From positions 1 to 27,796 of IMG/VR virus record IMGVR_UViG_3300046779_001273: a stretch of DNA of 27,796 nt. One strand, given 5' to 3'. The notes beneath the pieces were generated by a model. It did no database searches, was not told where the DNA came from, and was given only the letters and a program-made list of their open reading frames with translations. Below are positions 24,743-27,796 of the stretch, in pieces. This stretch comes from a virus (lineage: Duplodnaviria > Caudoviricetes). How positions within the stretch are numbered: position 1 is the stretch's first letter; each line of letters opens with the position of its first letter. A program made the position numbers and the translations under genes.

Positions 24743-25284
24743 TGACCTGCATTGTTGCTATTGCAAAAGATGGCGTTGTTTATATGGGTGCTGACTCTGG
24801 TGGTTCTGATGAAGAAAATGGAACAATTTTTACTTATCTTTCTCCAAAAGTTTTTTCTCGTAATGGATATCTAATTGGGTATGCAGGTAGTTATAGATTT
24901 GGAAAACTACTAGAATATGTATTTGAATTACCAGTAATACCAAGTAAAGCAAATACTCCAGAGGCATTGGATAAGTTTGTTAATGGAACACTTATGCCAT
25001 CTCTCAGAAAACAATCTAAAGAGCTAGATCTCAATGCTGACGAGTTAGACTTTGACTGCATATTTGGAATCAATGGACATCTTTTTGAAGTTTGTAACGA
25101 CTGGTTTGCATTAGAGCCATCTATACCATATCTTTCTACTGGCAGTGGAATGAAGTATGCTCTTGGGTCATTACATACAACGCAAGGCTGGAAAGATCCA
25201 GTAAAAAGAATTAATGCTGCACTTCAATCTGCAGCAGAATATTCTATGACAGTATCAGCACCTTTTAACATTTTATCGAGGTAA
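24742..25284 (+). CDS. Proteasome-beta/HslV-like Ntn-hydrolase peptidase
   Basis: After Met removal: Thr1, Asp17 (GADS), Lys35, Gly48 (AGS) and TGSG..ALG. Confidence 0.85.
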   Translation: MTCIVAIAKDGVVYMGADSGGSDEENGTIFTYLSPKVFSRNGYLIGYAGSYRFGKLLEYVFELPVIPSKANTPEALDKFVNGTLMPSLRKQSKELDLNADELDFDCIFGINGHLFEVCNDWFALEPSIPYLSTGSGMKYALGSLHTTQGWKDPVKRINAALQSAAEYSMTVSAPFNILSR

Positions 25285-25286
25285 CT

Positions 25287-25487
25287 ATGAGTTGTGAATT
25301 ATGTGACTTTCATAAGTCAAGAATACGAGAATTAGAAGCAGCAAATTCTTATTTAAAGAAGAGTGGAATTTTGTCTGTTAAAAGAAAGATTGAGTACATA
25401 AGAGATGAAAGAGCAAAGCTTGGACTTCCTATTGGTGGTCTTGAGATGGCATTAGAGGCGGTAAGGAGCGAGTTAAGTGACTTCTAA
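25287..25487 (+). CDS. Hypothetical protein
   Basis: 66 aa with GAGG RBS and an N-terminal CxxC. Confidence 0.65.
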   Translation: MSCELCDFHKSRIRELEAANSYLKKSGILSVKRKIEYIRDERAKLGLPIGGLEMALEAVRSELSDF

Positions 25488-25677
25488 GAATGAAAGAGAA
25501 ATAGTTTATAAGAAGAATACTTACACTGTTGATGATTTTGTTAAGAAGTATTCATATGCACTTGCAGCATATATGTTAGCAAATCAAATAAAAGATGGTC
25601 ATATAGTTGACCTTGCTATAAATAATGCATCCTTTGCCGAAGCATTTTATCAAACTGTAGAGGCATTAACAGAATGA
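25477..25677 (+). CDS. Hypothetical protein
   Basis: 66 aa. GTG start after AAGGAG, ATGA-coupled to the next gene. Confidence 0.7.
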   Translation: MTSKNEREIVYKKNTYTVDDFVKKYSYALAAYMLANQIKDGHIVDLAINNASFAEAFYQTVEALTE

Positions 25678-26372
25678 GAAAAACAGTAAACTTTTGGACA
25701 CACGAAAAAGAAGTTGAGTTTTCAGTTCCAATTCCTTCTCCTGCAAAAAAGGAAGTCCCACAATGGTATAAAAGTCTTCCAAGATTTTTTGAAGGCAATA
25801 AGCAGGAGATAAATGACAGAGGCTCTGATAATCTAGGTGTAAAAGCTTGTATACCATTTTACGATGCAATGACTGCTGGTTATGTAATTAAATTACACTG
25901 TGATATCTATGTAAGTTTAGATCAGTACGGTAAACAAGTTATTCAATGGAAAAGTACTTCTAAGCCTTTGACTGCTAGACCAGAAACTGCAGCAAGTCAA
26001 GTTCCGCAAATAGAAGGGTTTACAACTTTTATGTTTGCTTGGGAAATTTTGTATCACTACATATTGCCAAAGGGCTATAGTGCAATTGTAACTCAGCCAA
26101 TGAATAGATACGATCTTCCTTTTATAACAACATCTGCAATAGTTGACGGTGATCGTGGTATTGGACCAGGGGCAGTTGCTTTTGCACTAAATGAAAAATT
26201 TACAGGAATCATAAAGGCTGGTACTCCAATAATTCAGGTTATTCCATTTAAAAGAAAGTCGTGGAAAACAAAACTTATTAGTAAGCAACATAAGAGAGCA
26301 ATTAATTTTACTCCTTACAATGAAGAAGGCTGGTATAAAAAGCATCTATGGAAAAGAAAGAGTTATGAATGA
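25674..26372 (+). CDS. dUTPase-fold-like (DUF6065-like) protein, paralog 1
   Basis: PSPAKK..PQWYK, KACIPFYDAMTAGY, PKGYS, VDGD, GTPIIQVIPFKR, YKKHLWKRK. Confidence 0.75.
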   Translation: MRKTVNFWTHEKEVEFSVPIPSPAKKEVPQWYKSLPRFFEGNKQEINDRGSDNLGVKACIPFYDAMTAGYVIKLHCDIYVSLDQYGKQVIQWKSTSKPLTARPETAASQVPQIEGFTTFMFAWEILYHYILPKGYSAIVTQPMNRYDLPFITTSAIVDGDRGIGPGAVAFALNEKFTGIIKAGTPIIQVIPFKRKSWKTKLISKQHKRAINFTPYNEEGWYKKHLWKRKSYE

Positions 26373-26512
26373 TGTTACAGAAAATTTTAAGAGTCGCAGA
26401 AAAGCTTGGTCTTGATAAAGAAGAGTTATTGCAAATGAATTTATTAGAGGCTATGTTAAAAATTGATAATGCTAAAAAAATGTGGATTAAATATAAGGAA
26501 GAGGTAATGTGA
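26372..26512 (+). CDS. Hypothetical protein, 46 aa (not in ORF track)
   Basis: MLQKILRVAEKLGLDKEELLQMNLLEAMLKIDNAKKMWIKYKEEVM. TGATG-coupled at both ends. Confidence 0.65.
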   Translation: MLQKILRVAEKLGLDKEELLQMNLLEAMLKIDNAKKMWIKYKEEVM

Positions 26513-26691
26513 TGGATTTTTTTGAATGGCGTGACTATGGTATGGAAAAGGGCTGGATTTCAGAACCTTTTTGCAATACTCATGATGGAGACCCTTTTAT
26601 GTCTGAAGAAGAGGCAACAGAATGGGAAGAGGGCGGAGACCCTTGCTTGGTAGTCTTTAAGGTATTTGAAGATAATATTAAGGTAGATTAA
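26512..26691 (+). CDS. Small acidic hypothetical protein
   Basis: GWISEPFCNTHDG...GGDPC. ATG 26512 follows GAGGT. Confidence 0.75.
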   Translation: MDFFEWRDYGMEKGWISEPFCNTHDGDPFMSEEEATEWEEGGDPCLVVFKVFEDNIKVD

Positions 26692-27422
26692 TGGCAAACA
26701 TTGAGTTTGTTGCTAGAAGTCCATACTACGAAAAAGTAGCACCAAGACCGTATCCAGCAAAAGATTTTTTACCAAAGTGGTATAAAGAGATGCCATCATA
26801 CAATCAAGATATGAATGGAAAAAGAATCTTAACAGTAATGCATGGTGCTAGTAGTGTTACTCCAAAAATGTGCACCCCTATGTATGATAGTTTTACTACT
26901 GGATACATAATTCCACTTTGGGCAGATGTAGAAATTAGACAAATAAACGACAGACCAAATCTCTTCTGGAGAACAAGGGGAGATCAATTTCAAATGCATG
27001 GTGGATGGGGTAATGGTGGAGATGATGGGGTAACTGGTGTAACTACTCCTGATGGATATAGTCAGTATGTTTTTAAATGGTTAAATGGATGGGATATTAG
27101 AACTCCAAAAGGATATTCATGTTTAATTACTGACCCATATGCAAATGAAAATAGCCCATTTAAAGCAATTGGAGCAGTAGTAGACTCTGATAAACTTAAG
27201 TTATCTATACTTCCACCAGTTTGGATTAGAAAGGATTTTGAAGGCATTGTTGAAAAGGGAACTCCAATGGTTCAAGTAATACCTTTCAAAAGAGAAAGCT
27301 GGAATGCAAAGTATAGCTCTTTAAAAGAAGGAGAATATGATTTAATGGAAGAGGCTGGATTTGGTTCTCATATCAAAAATCATTACAAGAGATTTATCTG
27401 GACAAAGAAAGATTTCAGATAA
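26691..27422 (+). CDS. dUTPase-fold-like (DUF6065-like) protein, paralog 2
   Basis: PYPAKD..PKWYK, KMCTPMYDSFTTGY, PKGYS, VDSD, GTPMVQVIPFKR, YKRFIWTKK. Confidence 0.75.
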   Translation: MANIEFVARSPYYEKVAPRPYPAKDFLPKWYKEMPSYNQDMNGKRILTVMHGASSVTPKMCTPMYDSFTTGYIIPLWADVEIRQINDRPNLFWRTRGDQFQMHGGWGNGGDDGVTGVTTPDGYSQYVFKWLNGWDIRTPKGYSCLITDPYANENSPFKAIGAVVDSDKLKLSILPPVWIRKDFEGIVEKGTPMVQVIPFKRESWNAKYSSLKEGEYDLMEEAGFGSHIKNHYKRFIWTKKDFR

Positions 27423-27796
27423 TGACAAAAAAGATTAAATTTATTGCAGTTCACGAGTATGCTTGGAGATTAGGGGATAAGCCATATCCTGCAAAAAACA
27501 ATATTCCAAAATGGTGGAAAAAGATGGCTCCGTATATTGTTGACAAGGATAACCCAGAAGGAAAAAATTTCTTTATTAGAAATATGAGAAACAATCTATC
27601 TCCTAAAAAATGTATGCCAATGTTTGATGCAATGTCTGGTGGATATATAATTCCACTTTGGTGCGACATACAAGTAAGCAATATCTCAGAAGATAAAAGA
27701 CATTATGTTCCAAACATATTCTGGAAAGCAACAAAAGAAGTTTTTGAAGGCAATATTGATGGTGCTGATATGTTGGATATCCCAGAAGGATATTCT
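27422..27796 (+). CDS. dUTPase-fold-like (DUF6065-like) protein, paralog 3 (partial, runs off the window; not in ORF track)
   Basis: TAATG-coupled. Open for 125 codons: MTKKIKF...PYPAKNNIPKWWK...PKKCMPMFDAMSGGYIIPLWCD...PEGYS. Confidence 0.8.
   Translation, partial: MTKKIKFIAVHEYAWRLGDKPYPAKNNIPKWWKKMAPYIVDKDNPEGKNFFIRNMRNNLSPKKCMPMFDAMSGGYIIPLWCDIQVSNISEDKRHYVPNIFWKATKEVFEGNIDGADMLDIPEGYS

Noticed and set aside
26372-26512. Possible non-coding gap or frameshifted pseudogene
   Set aside because: Careful translation gives an intact 46-aa ORF coupled to both neighbours.
203-27681. All minus-strand ORFs and short alternative-frame plus-strand ORFs in the track (e.g. 793-1194, 6138-6455, 18647-19135, 27451-27681)
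   Set aside because: They lie within or across well-supported + strand genes, lack recognisable motifs and look like antisense or frame shadows.
1-27796. tRNA/ncRNA genes, stop-codon reassignment, integrase/att sites
   Set aside because: Intergenic gaps are short and explained by promoters, terminators or small ORFs. TAA, TAG and TGA all end genes at coupled junctions. No recombinase is in the window.

Overview
This is a fragment of a large, AT-rich (roughly one-third GC by eye) tailed dsDNA phage genome. All credible genes are on the + strand, tightly packed with TAATG/ATGA overlaps and read with the standard code. Gene order: end of a putative tail module (1-3005); a MerR-like HTH; replication genes (DnaB helicase, DnaG primase, gp32-like SSB, DnaE); MazG-like; recombination genes (RecA, PD-(D/E)XK resolvase, Cas4-like nuclease, RuvC); Nmad1/DUF1599-like; terminase; RmlB-like dehydratase; IMPDH/GMPR-family enzyme; a multidomain 487-aa protein; then an accessory region. 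The accessory region has WhiB, a bacterial-type SSB, an FmdB zinc ribbon, a pyrimidine-dimer glycosylase-like protein, a C2H2 micro-protein, a proteasome-beta/HslV-like protein and three paralogous dUTPase-fold-like genes. WhiB, the FmdB and MSMEG_6728-like genes and several leaderless transcripts point to an actinobacterial host, plausibly a low-GC freshwater lineage (inference). Most notable: the candidate protease-processed polyprotein (19643-21106), the dUTPase-like paralog cluster (25674-end), a probable GMP reductase, promoters embedded in gene 3' ends plus leaderless starts, and the apparent absence of all four GC-only 4-bp palindromes. I found no tRNA, CRISPR array, integrase or intein. 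Family assignments come from motif recognition, not database searches.
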